64,000 nt of DNA, taken from an uncultured Acidobacteriota bacterium (GTDB taxonomy: Bacteria; Acidobacteriota; Thermoanaerobaculia; UBA5066; Gp7-AA6). This document shows positions 19,312 through 28,260 of this stretch, one piece after another. Both the position numbers and the translations under genes were made by a program. The notes below the pieces were generated by a model. That model did no database searches. It was not told the DNA's origin and saw only the letters and a program-made list of their open reading frames with translations. The DNA lies in contig CAVXTP010000006.1 in NCBI GenBank assembly GCA_963764715.1, positions 452,062-516,061 on the forward strand, read 5' to 3'. The stretch's first letter is position 1. Each line of letters begins with the position of its first letter.

Positions 19312-22300
19312 CTAGCCCGCGCCGACCTTGGACGACACCGCGGCGACCCCTTCGCGCGGCACGTGCTTCTTCCAGGCGACGCCGAACTTCTTCTCGAAGT
19401 AGGCCTGGTTCTTCTTCCAGAGGGCGTCGTAGCTCTCCGGCGAGAGCTTACGGAAGGCGCCCTGGCCGACGTGGTGGACGTAGGCGTCCTCGGCGCACGC
19501 CACCCGGTAACCCTTCGCGCGCATCCGGACGGCGAGGTCGTCGTCCTCGAACATGCCGATGCCGTAGGCCTCGTCGAGCGGCCCGACGTCGTCCAGAACG
19601 GCCCGGCGTGCGGCCACGCAATACATCGCGGCGACGCCGATGTCGAAGACCCGCCCCCGGTGCTTCTCGGCGCGGCGCGCGGCGAAGGCCGGAAGGCCCT
19701 CGATCCCGGCGTAGTCCGGCTCGACGCGGGCCTCGTTGCCGCAGAAGTTGGTCGTGGGGCACAGGAGGCCGATCGAGGGATCCCGCTGGAGGTGGCGGAC
19801 GAGCCGGCCCATGAGCCCGGGAGGCACGACGGTGTCGTTGTTCAAGAGGACCACGACCTCGCCGCGCGCGGCCGCGATGCCCTGATTGTTGGCCGCCGCG
19901 AACCCGCGGTTCTCCGAGTTGAAGATCGTCCGGATCCGCGGATCGCTCGCCGTGGCCTCGCGGAGATGCTCCGGCGTGCCGTCGCTCGAGGCATTGTCGA
20001 CGACCAGGATCTCGAGGCGCGGCCAGGTCTCGCGCGCGAGCGACTCGAGGCAGTCCTTCGTCAGCTCGAGGCCGCCGTAGGTCACGACGACGACCGAAAC
20101 GAGGGCATGGGCCTCGGCGAGATCGGCATCGATCGCCTCGTACCGGTGTTCCCAGTCGTTCTCCTCGGCGACCCGGCGGCGCCGGGCGCGGCGCGGGTCG
20201 TCCTTCGGCTCGGCGAGCGCGCGCAAAAGCTGGGCGAGGAACTCTTCGTGACCCCGCGCCAGGTACGAAATGTCCTCGTACGGCAGGAGCTCCGTCAGCG
20301 CCGGCGCGACGACGGGCTTGCCGCCGTAGAGGTACTCGTAGAACTTGACCGGGTTCGTGGCCTCGGTGATGTCGTTGACGAGAAACGGGATCACGCAGGC
20401 ATCGAAGCTCCAGAGAAGCTTCGGCATCTCCTCGTACGGCCGCTGGCCGAGGAGCCGCACGTTTGCGCGGGAGGAGATCGGCGAAAGGTCGACGTCGAAG
20501 TGGCCGCCCGCGAGCACGATCGTGGCTTCCGGATGCGCGTCGGCGATCTTCGTCAGCAGCGGCACATCGACCCACGAGGCAAGCGCGCCGTAGTAGCCGA
20601 TGACCGGCCGGCGGACGTCCTTCAGCAGGTCGTTCTCGCCGTAGAAGCGGCGGTAGTGCTCGGCGTCGATGCCGTTCTTGGCGAGGGTCAGCCGCGGGGC
20701 CACGCCCTTCCACTTGTCGAAGAGGCGGTCGGCGGAGACGACCGTGAGGTCCGCGCGGCGGACGAGGTTCTCCTCGAGCGACAGGACGGCGTCGCCGAAG
20801 CCCGGGAAATTCGTCCACTCGTCCATGCAGTCGTAGAGGACGCGCCAGCCGAGGCGCTCCCGCAGCCGCTCGGCGAGCGGAGCCCAGAAGGGGACCTGGA
20901 CGACGCCGACGGTGTCGCCCATCGCGAGGTCGCGGGCGAGGTCCTCGAACGCGGCCGCCAGCGTGTCGAGGTCCTCCTCCGCGAGACGACCGCTGTAGAT
21001 GCCGAGGGAGCGGCGCGACCGGATGCGAAGCTCCCCCACGTTCCCGGCCTTCTTCGTCAGGTCCCACGCCGGGCCGTCCGGCGACAGGAACGTCGTCGTC
21101 GAAAGGTAGAGGACGCGATGGCCGTGGCGGCCGAACTGGGTGGCGAGCTGCTGGGGACGCTGGAATCGGAAGTCCCAGTCGATGATCGAGAAGACGACGA
21201 CGTCGTACCGGCCGGAGGGCGTCGCGGGAACGGAGTCCTGGCGGCGGGGCGCGTCCGGCGGGAGCGTCACGAGCTTCTCGGGCGGCGCGACGGGCGCGAG
21301 GGTGCGCCGCAGGTACTGCGCCAGCGGCCGCGGGATCGTGCGCCGCCCGATCTCGAAGAGCGGCGTTCCGGGCGCCGTCGCCCGGCCGAGGGCGCGGCGG
21401 GCCGCGCCGGGCGCTCCCCGCAGACGCGAGGCCGCGCGCCGGAGCTGCCCCAGGCGCGAATTCTCCCAGCGACGGAGCTCCGCGAGGGCGGCCGAGAGAT
21501 GCGCGTCGCGGGCCTCCGAGAGCTGCTCGGACTGCGCGAGGTGCCCCTCGAGGACCTTGATGCCTTCCCGCAGCTGCCGGATCTGCTCCTCGCGGTCGGC
21601 GATCTCGCGCTCCATCGCGCGCTGCAGACCAACGATCTCGCCCCGGAGGAATCGGATGCCCTCGTCGCGCTCGCGGATGACCCCGTTCAACCGCCGGATC
21701 TCGCGCACCCGGCGAGCGACCGCGTCTCCGTCGGGCGGCACGGCCGCCGGCGGGCGCGACTCGGTCGGGGCGGCGGCCGGGGCAAGTCCCTCCAGGCGGG
21801 CGTTCAGCGTACCGAATCGCTCTCCCCAGGTGTTCTCGCGCGCGATCTTCCGGCGCCGGTTCTCCGCCTCGCCGGGTGCAACGCTTTCGCGGACCGCCGT
21901 CTCGAGCGCCGAGACGAATTCCGCGGGCGTTTCGTACAGCGACACGACCCCGCCGTAAGGCTCGAGCTCGGGCAGGCGCCGGGCGACGACGGGCTTGCCG
22001 GTCGCGAAGTACTCGAAGATCTTGACCGGGTTGGTCGCCTCGGTCAGCGGCGTGCGGCGGAACGGAATCGTGCAGACGTCGAAGCCGGCCACGTAGGCCG
22101 GCAGGTCGGCGTAGGTCTTCTCGCCGAGGAGGTGGACGTTCGGCTTCTCCGCCAGGTCGCCGAGGTCCGCTCCCCGGGTGTCGCCGACGAGCGCGAACGA
22201 CCAGTCCGGGTGCCGTGTCGCGGCCGCGCGCACCGCGTCCACGTCGAACCAGGCCGAGATCGCGCCGTAGTAGCCGATGACCGGCCGGGGCAGGCGCGCG

Positions 22301-22989
22301 AGCGGTCCGTCGGCCCGGGACGGGAGCCTCGAGAAATGGCGCTCGTCGCCGGCGTTCGGCAGCCGCAGGACGTCCAGGCGCATCCGGCGCAGGCGCTCCT
22401 CGAGCTTTCCCGAAGTCGCCAGGACGAGGTCCGCGCCGCGCACCAGACGTTCCTCGTCCGCCGCCGTTTCCGGCCCGTGCGTGCCGAAGCCCGTGTGGTC
22501 GTCCATGCAGTCGTAGACGACCCGCCAGCCGAAGGCGTCGCGGAGCCTCCGGGCGAGCGGCTCCCAGGACGGGTACTGCACGAGAACGAACGCGTCCCGG
22601 ATGCCGTGGCGAGCCGCGAGATCGGACATTCCCGAGAAGGCCTGGTCGAGCGTCTCTCCCTCGAGGGTCCTTCCGTAGACGTCGAAGTCGTGCTCTCCCG
22701 GCAGGCCCACCTCGAAAACGCGCTCCCCGACCTCGGCGAGCTCCGGCTCGCGGTCGAGGCCGAGGAACCCCGTCTTCGCGTAGAAGACCCGGTGCCCGGC
22801 CGCCGCGAAAGGCTTGAGGAGCTGCTGCGGGCGCTGGACCCGGAAGCCCCAGTCGATGATCGGGAGGCAGACGACGTCGAAACCGCGGGGAGGCGGGACG
22901 TGCGCGGTGGAATCGGTGCGGGCGTCGCTCAGGGTTCGTATCTTGCCATGAAGTGGGCGGGGCACGTCCCTGGGCGAAGGCGGCCACAA
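19312..22989 (-). CDS. Multidomain glycosyltransferase (two GT-B/GT4-like modules, coiled coil, C-terminal GT2); start uncertain
   Basis: Duplicated DWxFRxQRPQQL / YDCMD / TEATNPVKxxEY modules; GT2 VVDNASSDGT, LLNNDT, FEDDDL. Confidence 0.9.
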   Translation of the reverse strand: MWPPSPRDVPRPLHGKIRTLSDARTDSTAHVPPPRGFDVVCLPIIDWGFRVQRPQQLLKPFAAAGHRVFYAKTGFLGLDREPELAEVGERVFEVGLPGEHDFDVYGRTLEGETLDQAFSGMSDLAARHGIRDAFVLVQYPSWEPLARRLRDAFGWRVVYDCMDDHTGFGTHGPETAADEERLVRGADLVLATSGKLEERLRRMRLDVLRLPNAGDERHFSRLPSRADGPLARLPRPVIGYYGAISAWFDVDAVRAAATRHPDWSFALVGDTRGADLGDLAEKPNVHLLGEKTYADLPAYVAGFDVCTIPFRRTPLTEATNPVKIFEYFATGKPVVARRLPELEPYGGVVSLYETPAEFVSALETAVRESVAPGEAENRRRKIARENTWGERFGTLNARLEGLAPAAAPTESRPPAAVPPDGDAVARRVREIRRLNGVIRERDEGIRFLRGEIVGLQRAMEREIADREEQIRQLREGIKVLEGHLAQSEQLSEARDAHLSAALAELRRWENSRLGQLRRAASRLRGAPGAARRALGRATAPGTPLFEIGRRTIPRPLAQYLRRTLAPVAPPEKLVTLPPDAPRRQDSVPATPSGRYDVVVFSIIDWDFRFQRPQQLATQFGRHGHRVLYLSTTTFLSPDGPAWDLTKKAGNVGELRIRSRRSLGIYSGRLAEEDLDTLAAAFEDLARDLAMGDTVGVVQVPFWAPLAERLRERLGWRVLYDCMDEWTNFPGFGDAVLSLEENLVRRADLTVVSADRLFDKWKGVAPRLTLAKNGIDAEHYRRFYGENDLLKDVRRPVIGYYGALASWVDVPLLTKIADAHPEATIVLAGGHFDVDLSPISSRANVRLLGQRPYEEMPKLLWSFDACVIPFLVNDITEATNPVKFYEYLYGGKPVVAPALTELLPYEDISYLARGHEEFLAQLLRALAEPKDDPRRARRRRVAEENDWEHRYEAIDADLAEAHALVSVVVVTYGGLELTKDCLESLARETWPRLEILVVDNASSDGTPEHLREATASDPRIRTIFNSENRGFAAANNQGIAAARGEVVVLLNNDTVVPPGLMGRLVRHLQRDPSIGLLCPTTNFCGNEARVEPDYAGIEGLPAFAARRAEKHRGRVFDIGVAAMYCVAARRAVLDDVGPLDEAYGIGMFEDDDLAVRMRAKGYRVACAEDAYVHHVGQGAFRKLSPESYDALWKKNQAYFEKKFGVAWKKHVPREGVAAVSSKVGAG

Positions 22990-23054
22990 GCGCCGCCCCT
23001 ACGCTCTGGCGCGGAGCGTCCGTCGGTCCAGGCGGAGAGGCGCGGTTCCGCCGC

Positions 23055-23555
23055 TCAGTGGACCGGCGCCCCCTCCCGGACCGTGAGCGGACGCTCCCAG
23101 GCCTCGAGGCGGCGGGCGACGACGGCGTCGAGCGAGATGGGTCCCGCCCCGTATGCGCCGAGCCACAGGCAGAGCGCGATGTAGAGGTACTCGATGAACC
23201 CGAACACGTCGGAGATCCCGGTGATCTCGGCGCGGCGCGCGGTCAGGATGGCGACGATCATCGTGCCGATGAGCGGCAGGCTCGCCATCCGGGTCGCGAG
23301 GCCAAGGAGCATCAGGACGCCGCAGAGGAACTCGGTCCCGGCGGCGAGCGGCGCCTGGATCTGCGGGGCGGGAATTCCGAGATCGCCGAAATAGGCGATG
23401 ACCCTGGGCAGCGAGTGCAGCTTGCCCCACCCCGACTCGACGAACACCCAGCCGAGCGTCAGGCGCGCCACCGTCGGCGGCAGCCAGCGGAGGCCGGTCG
23501 AGACGCGGAGGACGAGGCGTCGGAAGCGCGAGAGGCGGTCGGTCATGGTCGGCAT
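23055..23555 (-). CDS. DoxX family membrane protein
   Basis: RLTLGWVFVESGWGKL, EFLCGVLMLLGLATR, GAGPISLD. Confidence 0.88.
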   Translation of the reverse strand: MPTMTDRLSRFRRLVLRVSTGLRWLPPTVARLTLGWVFVESGWGKLHSLPRVIAYFGDLGIPAPQIQAPLAAGTEFLCGVLMLLGLATRMASLPLIGTMIVAILTARRAEITGISDVFGFIEYLYIALCLWLGAYGAGPISLDAVVARRLEAWERPLTVREGAPVH

Positions 23556-23596
23556 GGAATCTCCTTGTGCGGAGCGTGTGGCGGAAGCCTATCGTT

Positions 23597-24928
23597 CTAG
23601 CCCGCGGCGCGCATCATGGCGCCGCGGATCTCCTCCTGCGGCTGGGAGATCGTCTCCTTGCGCCGCGAGAGGAACTTGACGAGGTCCTTGGAGAAGACGA
23701 GGTCCCAGGTCCAGTCGAGGGCGACGCGCAGCCGCTTCTCGAGACGCGGGAGCTTCATCAGGTAAATCGTCCGCCACATCCACCAGGCCAGAAAGCCCGA
23801 GAAGTGGAAGCCGAAGATCTGGGCGACGCCCGTGCGGCGGCCGAGCGAGGCGAGCTGGCCGATCGTTCGGAACGAGAAGGGCCGCTTGGGGGTGCCGCGA
23901 AGCTCCGCGAGGATGTTCTGCGCGAGGACCTTGCCCTGCCGGATCGCGTGCTGCGCGGTCGGCGGGTGGAAGCCGCCCGTCCGCGACAGGATGTCGGGCA
24001 CGAGGGCGCAGTCGCCGAGCGCCCAGACGCCCGGGAATCCGGGGACCTGGAGGTACTCGTCCACGCAGACCTTGCCCTTCTCGAGCCTGCACGGGAGCGT
24101 CTTCATCAGCGGGTTGGGCTGGGTTCCCGCCGTCCAGATGATGGTCGCGGCGTCGATCTCGGTGCCGTCGGAGAGCTTCACGCCGCGCTCGGTCACGGCC
24201 GCCACCTTCGTCTTCGCCCGGATCTCGACGCCCCGCTCGACGAGCTTCTCCTGGGCGTAGCGGCCGAGCTTCTCGGAGAGCTCGGGCAGGATGACCTCGC
24301 CCGGGTGAACGAGGATCATCCGGATCTTGTGCGTCGGGATGTGCGGGTAGAATTTCAGCGCCTGGTGGACGAAGTCGTTCATGCCGGCGATCGTCTCGAC
24401 CCCCGCGAATCCCCCGCCCGCGACGACGAAGGTCATCAGGTGGTCGCGGTCCGGGGCGCCGCACTCGGTTTCGGCCTCCTCGAGCTGCTGGATCATCCGG
24501 TTCCGGAGCGCGATGGCGTCGCCGAGCGACTTCATGGTGATGGCGCGCTCCTCGAGGCCCGGGAGGTTGAAGAAGTTCGTGACCGAGCCGGGCGCGAGGA
24601 CCAGGTGGTCGTAGGGAAGCTCGTGGGCATGTCCGTCTCCGTGGGAAACGGTCACGGTGCGGGCCTCGAGGTCGACCCTTTCGAGGTCGCCGTCGAAGAA
24701 CTCCATGTTCGAGACGAGCTTTCGGACCGGGTTGACGATGTTCGTGATGTCGAGGTCGCTCGCGGCAACCTCGTGGAGCATCGGCGTGAAGAGGAAGAAG
24801 TTGTCGCGGTTGACGATCGTGACGTCCACGTCCGGGAAGCGGAAGAGCCACTTGTCGAGCTCCAGGGCCGCGTAGACGCCTCCGAACCCGCCTCCGGCGA
24901 TCACGATCTTCCTGCGGGGATTGGGCAT
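23597..24928 (-). CDS. ndh: Type II NADH dehydrogenase-like FAD-dependent oxidoreductase
   Basis: GGGFGG, FTPMLHEVA, GGGFAGVE, ALGDCA, PPTAQHAIRQG. Confidence 0.88.
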   Translation of the reverse strand: MPNPRRKIVIAGGGFGGVYAALELDKWLFRFPDVDVTIVNRDNFFLFTPMLHEVAASDLDITNIVNPVRKLVSNMEFFDGDLERVDLEARTVTVSHGDGHAHELPYDHLVLAPGSVTNFFNLPGLEERAITMKSLGDAIALRNRMIQQLEEAETECGAPDRDHLMTFVVAGGGFAGVETIAGMNDFVHQALKFYPHIPTHKIRMILVHPGEVILPELSEKLGRYAQEKLVERGVEIRAKTKVAAVTERGVKLSDGTEIDAATIIWTAGTQPNPLMKTLPCRLEKGKVCVDEYLQVPGFPGVWALGDCALVPDILSRTGGFHPPTAQHAIRQGKVLAQNILAELRGTPKRPFSFRTIGQLASLGRRTGVAQIFGFHFSGFLAWWMWRTIYLMKLPRLEKRLRVALDWTWDLVFSKDLVKFLSRRKETISQPQEEIRGAMMRAAG

Positions 24929-24934
24929 CGCTCC

Positions 24935-24962
24935 TCAGATGCCGTCGCCGCACGGAAGTTTC
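24935..24962 (-). promoter_or_regulatory. ECF-type promoter motif upstream of ndh
   Basis: GAAACT-N15-CATCTGA, 6 nt before the ATG. Confidence 0.65.
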
Positions 24963-25326
24963 AGGGGGCCGAAGCCCTCGCGGGCCGTCCGGTCCAGACC
25001 AGGAGCAGCGCCACGGCGGCGTGGATCGCAACGACCGGCCACAGCAGGGGCCCGGTCGCCTGCCCGGACGCCCCGAGGTAGGCGAGGTAAAGCGCGATCA
25101 ATGCGTTGTAGATGGTCATCGTCCGGACGGCCGGCGCCAGACCCAGCGCCAGCACCGCGACGCCGAAGCACCGGGCGAGGACCAGCGCGACGCCGGAGGG
25201 CTCGACGCCGAGGAGCAGCCGCACCAGGACCGCCGGATCGAGCATCAGGACGAGGCCGGTTGCGACCTCGGCCACGGCCGAGAAGAGGAGGACCTTTCGC
25301 CGGGCGCCCGAAGCAGGCTCGTTCAC
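24961..25326 (-). CDS. Small hypothetical membrane protein
   Basis: Four hydrophobic segments (EVATGLVL, ARCFGVAVLALG, IYNALIALYL, LLWPVVAIH). Confidence 0.6.
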   Translation of the reverse strand: MNEPASGARRKVLLFSAVAEVATGLVLMLDPAVLVRLLLGVEPSGVALVLARCFGVAVLALGLAPAVRTMTIYNALIALYLAYLGASGQATGPLLWPVVAIHAAVALLLVWTGRPARASAP

Positions 25327-25477
25327 GGATGACCTCCCACTCGAACCGTTCCGGTGATCGTCCGCCGCGGGCAACGGTCCGAGCTTGATCCTGAGCTTGT
25401 CGATCTTGGCGTTGCGGGCATGAGATCACGGCCGGGGGTCGATCACAACGCCCTCTGATAGCGTGTCGCGGATTTCC

Positions 25478-26413
25478 ATGCGCGAGCGCAAGTCCCGATC
25501 GTGCTCGAGGGCCCGAGGCCTGCCGTCACTGGCGGCCGGGCTGCTCGCGGCTCTCGCGACGGCACGCGCCGCCGGTCAGTCGCTCGAGCCGCGGGCCTTC
25601 TCGCCCAACCCCGTCGGGACCAACTTCGCCCTCGTCAGCTACGGCTACCAGACCGGAGGCATCGTTTTCGACGCTTCGCTCCCGTTCTCGGACGTGACGG
25701 CGAAGATCAATTCGGGGACCCTCGCCTACCTCCGCACGTTCAACCTCTTCGGCCGGACCGCCAGCGCGGGCCTCGCGGTGCCCTACGCCTGGGGCTCCGT
25801 CGAGGGCCAGGTCCAGGAGGAGCAGCGTCGGATCACGCGCTCGGGATTCGCCGATCTGCAGTCGCGGCTGACGGTGAATCTGCTGGGGGGGCCCGCTCGG
25901 ACTCCGGGCGAGTTCGCGGCCCACACGCCGACGACGACCCTGGGATTCAACCTGGTCACGGTGGCGCCGACCGGCGAGTACATGCCCGACAAGCTCATCA
26001 ACATCGGCGGCAACCGATGGGCCTTCAAGACGGAGCTCGGCCTGTCGCAGCCTGTCGGCAAGTGGGCGTTCGAGACCTACGCCGGCGTCTGGTTCTTCAC
26101 CACCAACAACGACTTTTATGGAGGCCAGGTCCGGACGCAGAAGCCCATCTGGGCGTTCCAGGGCCACGTCAGCTACACCTTTCGGCCGCGGCTCTGGCTC
26201 GCGGTCAGCGGCACCTACTACACGGGCGGCGTGACGAGCCTCGATGGCCAACCCAGGGCGGACCTGCAGGAGAACGCCCGCGTCAGCCTGACAGGGTCCG
26301 TGCCGCTGGGGCGGCGACAATCGCTCAAGCTCTTCTGGGCGAAGGGCGCCACGACGCGCATCGGAGCGAACTTCACGACCTACAGCGTGTCGTACCAGAT
26401 CTTCTGGTTCTGA
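25478..26413 (+). CDS. Outer-membrane beta-barrel, MetA-pathway/SphA-like transporter family
   Basis: Signal peptide, LEPRAFSPNPVG, PTGEY..NIGGNRW, alternating beta strands, terminal YQIFWF. Confidence 0.75.
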   Translation: MRERKSRSCSRARGLPSLAAGLLAALATARAAGQSLEPRAFSPNPVGTNFALVSYGYQTGGIVFDASLPFSDVTAKINSGTLAYLRTFNLFGRTASAGLAVPYAWGSVEGQVQEEQRRITRSGFADLQSRLTVNLLGGPARTPGEFAAHTPTTTLGFNLVTVAPTGEYMPDKLINIGGNRWAFKTELGLSQPVGKWAFETYAGVWFFTTNNDFYGGQVRTQKPIWAFQGHVSYTFRPRLWLAVSGTYYTGGVTSLDGQPRADLQENARVSLTGSVPLGRRQSLKLFWAKGATTRIGANFTTYSVSYQIFWF

Positions 26414-27060
26414 GCGACGGCACCGGTCTCCAACCTCGGATCGTTGACCACGACGAGATCGGCGGACGTCTTCGGGTCGTCGCGGGCGAAGTGGATCTCC
26501 TGGGCCGGCAGATAGATCGTCCGAAACGCCCGGGCGGTCTCCCCGGGCGGGAGTCCTTCCTGGCCGCGGGCGATCGCGCGCTCGATCGCGGTCTCGAAGG
26601 TGCAGTCGATCCAGATCGCGAGGTCGTAGCGCGGCCGGAGGTCGGGGCGAAGGAGATAGATCCCCTCGAGGAGCACCACGTCGACGTCCTCGAAAGCATA
26701 GACGTGCTTCCGGTAGGCGGAAGCGGTCTCCTCCGTGAAATCCGCCTCGAGCCGGATCGAGCGCCGATCGCGCAGCGGCAGGATCAGGCGCTCGAACATC
26801 TCGTCGAAGCGGAAGGCATGCCGGTAGAAGTGTTCGGCGGGGTGGCCGGGGTCGAAGCGCACCGGCGGGAGGTTCAGCCAGCCGTCGAGCCCCGTCCGCG
26901 CGACGCGCAGGCCCGCGGCCTCGAGCCGGGCGGCCAGCCGCTCCGCCACGTAGCCCTTTCCCGACGCGTCGATCCCGCTGACGGCGACGAGAGCCGCACG
27001 TCGCGAAGGCACCCGCCGCCGGGCGGCCAGGACCGCCTCGACCGCGCCGTCGAGATTCAC
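26380..27060 (-). CDS. Uridine kinase-like P-loop NTPase
   Basis: GIDASGKG P-loop, LDGW, LLEGIYL. Confidence 0.75.
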   Translation of the reverse strand: MNLDGAVEAVLAARRRVPSRRAALVAVSGIDASGKGYVAERLAARLEAAGLRVARTGLDGWLNLPPVRFDPGHPAEHFYRHAFRFDEMFERLILPLRDRRSIRLEADFTEETASAYRKHVYAFEDVDVVLLEGIYLLRPDLRPRYDLAIWIDCTFETAIERAIARGQEGLPPGETARAFRTIYLPAQEIHFARDDPKTSADLVVVNDPRLETGAVAQNQKIWYDTL

Positions 27061-28163
27061 GCGAGCGGCGCGACTTCGCAGTAGGCCTTGATCACCCCGT
27101 TGCCCGACGTCAGGTGGCCGAGGAGCTCTCGGTACTTCTCGAGTCCCTGGACGGGGTGCGTCAGCAGCTTCTCGAGCCAGCCGGGGTGCGAGAGCTCGGC
27201 CTGCGCCAGGTCGCGGACCCCCTCCTCGAAGTCCTCGCGGCTGGCGTTCACGCTGCCCACGGCGACCTTGTTGCCGAGAACGAATCCCTGGTTGATGCGG
27301 TCCGCGGGGACCTCGATCGTACGGTCGCCGCCGGTGACCGAGACCATCGCCAGGACCCCGTTCTTCGCCAGGACCTCCATCGCCTCGAACACGAGCGGCG
27401 AGAAGCCGGTGCCCTCGAGGATGAGGTCGAAGGGCCCGTGCTCGGCGGCCGCCCGGCGGAGGCTCGTCGTTTTCGTCGAGACGTAGCGCACGCCGATCTC
27501 CTCGAGGAGGTCCGAGTTGCGGTGCCGCCCCTCCTTGAGGCCGAAGGCCGTGACCTCGAGGCCGCGCAGCTTCAGGATCATCGAGGCGAGAAGGCCGAGC
27601 GTGCCGGTCCCCAGCACGGCGGCTTTCTTCGGGCGCCAGACCCGGAGGCGCCGCTGGATCTCGTAGGCCTGGCCGATCGCCTTCTCGGCGACGCTCGTGG
27701 GCTCCATCAGGACTCCGACCGCCTTGAGCCGCTCGGGGACCTTGACCAGGAATTCCGCCGCGTCGACGTAGTACTCGGCGAGGTATCCGTGGAGAAGGTT
27801 GATCCCGCGCTCGTAGTACGAGTCGTCGGTCGTCATGTCCTGCAGCCCGATCGCGTCGTAGAGGCTCGAGCCCGGGCGCCGGACCGAGGCGACGACGTAG
27901 TCCCCGGGCGCGAGGCCCGTGACCGCGGGACCGACCGCCTCGACGCGGCCGAAGCTCTCGTGGCCGAGGATCAGGTAGTCGTGGCCGGCCGGAGGTGCGC
28001 CGTACTCGGCGGCGTTGATCTCCTTATCCGTGCCGTCGACGCCCACGCGCAGGACGCGGACGAGCACGCCGCGGCCGCCGGGAACTTCGTCGAGCGAAGG
28101 CTTCGGGGCCTCGCGCAGGTGGATCGAGTCGGGCTTTCCGGGAATGACGGCGATGGCTTTCAT
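27057..28163 (-). CDS. Zn-dependent (MDR family) glucose 1-dehydrogenase
   Basis: [36 protein letters not shown]. Confidence 0.85.
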   Translation of the reverse strand: MKAIAVIPGKPDSIHLREAPKPSLDEVPGGRGVLVRVLRVGVDGTDKEINAAEYGAPPAGHDYLILGHESFGRVEAVGPAVTGLAPGDYVVASVRRPGSSLYDAIGLQDMTTDDSYYERGINLLHGYLAEYYVDAAEFLVKVPERLKAVGVLMEPTSVAEKAIGQAYEIQRRLRVWRPKKAAVLGTGTLGLLASMILKLRGLEVTAFGLKEGRHRNSDLLEEIGVRYVSTKTTSLRRAAAEHGPFDLILEGTGFSPLVFEAMEVLAKNGVLAMVSVTGGDRTIEVPADRINQGFVLGNKVAVGSVNASREDFEEGVRDLAQAELSHPGWLEKLLTHPVQGLEKYRELLGHLTSGNGVIKAYCEVAPLA

Positions 28164-28169
28164 GACTGA

Positions 28170-28197
28170 TGGGATGCCGCGGACGGCCCGGGGTTTC
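28170..28197 (-). promoter_or_regulatory. ECF-type promoter motif upstream of glucose dehydrogenase
   Basis: GAAACC-N15-CATCCCA, 6 nt before the ATG (leaderless-like). Confidence 0.65.
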
Positions 28198-28203
28198 GGG
28201 GCG

Positions 28204-28260
28204 GGGGTCAGTCCTGAAATGCTGATTCTGCCGCCAACTCAGCAAATCAGGACTGACCCC
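28204..28260. repeat. REP/REPIN-like inverted pair of the GGGGTCAG family
   Basis: ggggtcagtcctgaaatgctga ... tcagcaaatcaggactgacccc; related to the repeats flanking the RAYT. Confidence 0.8.
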
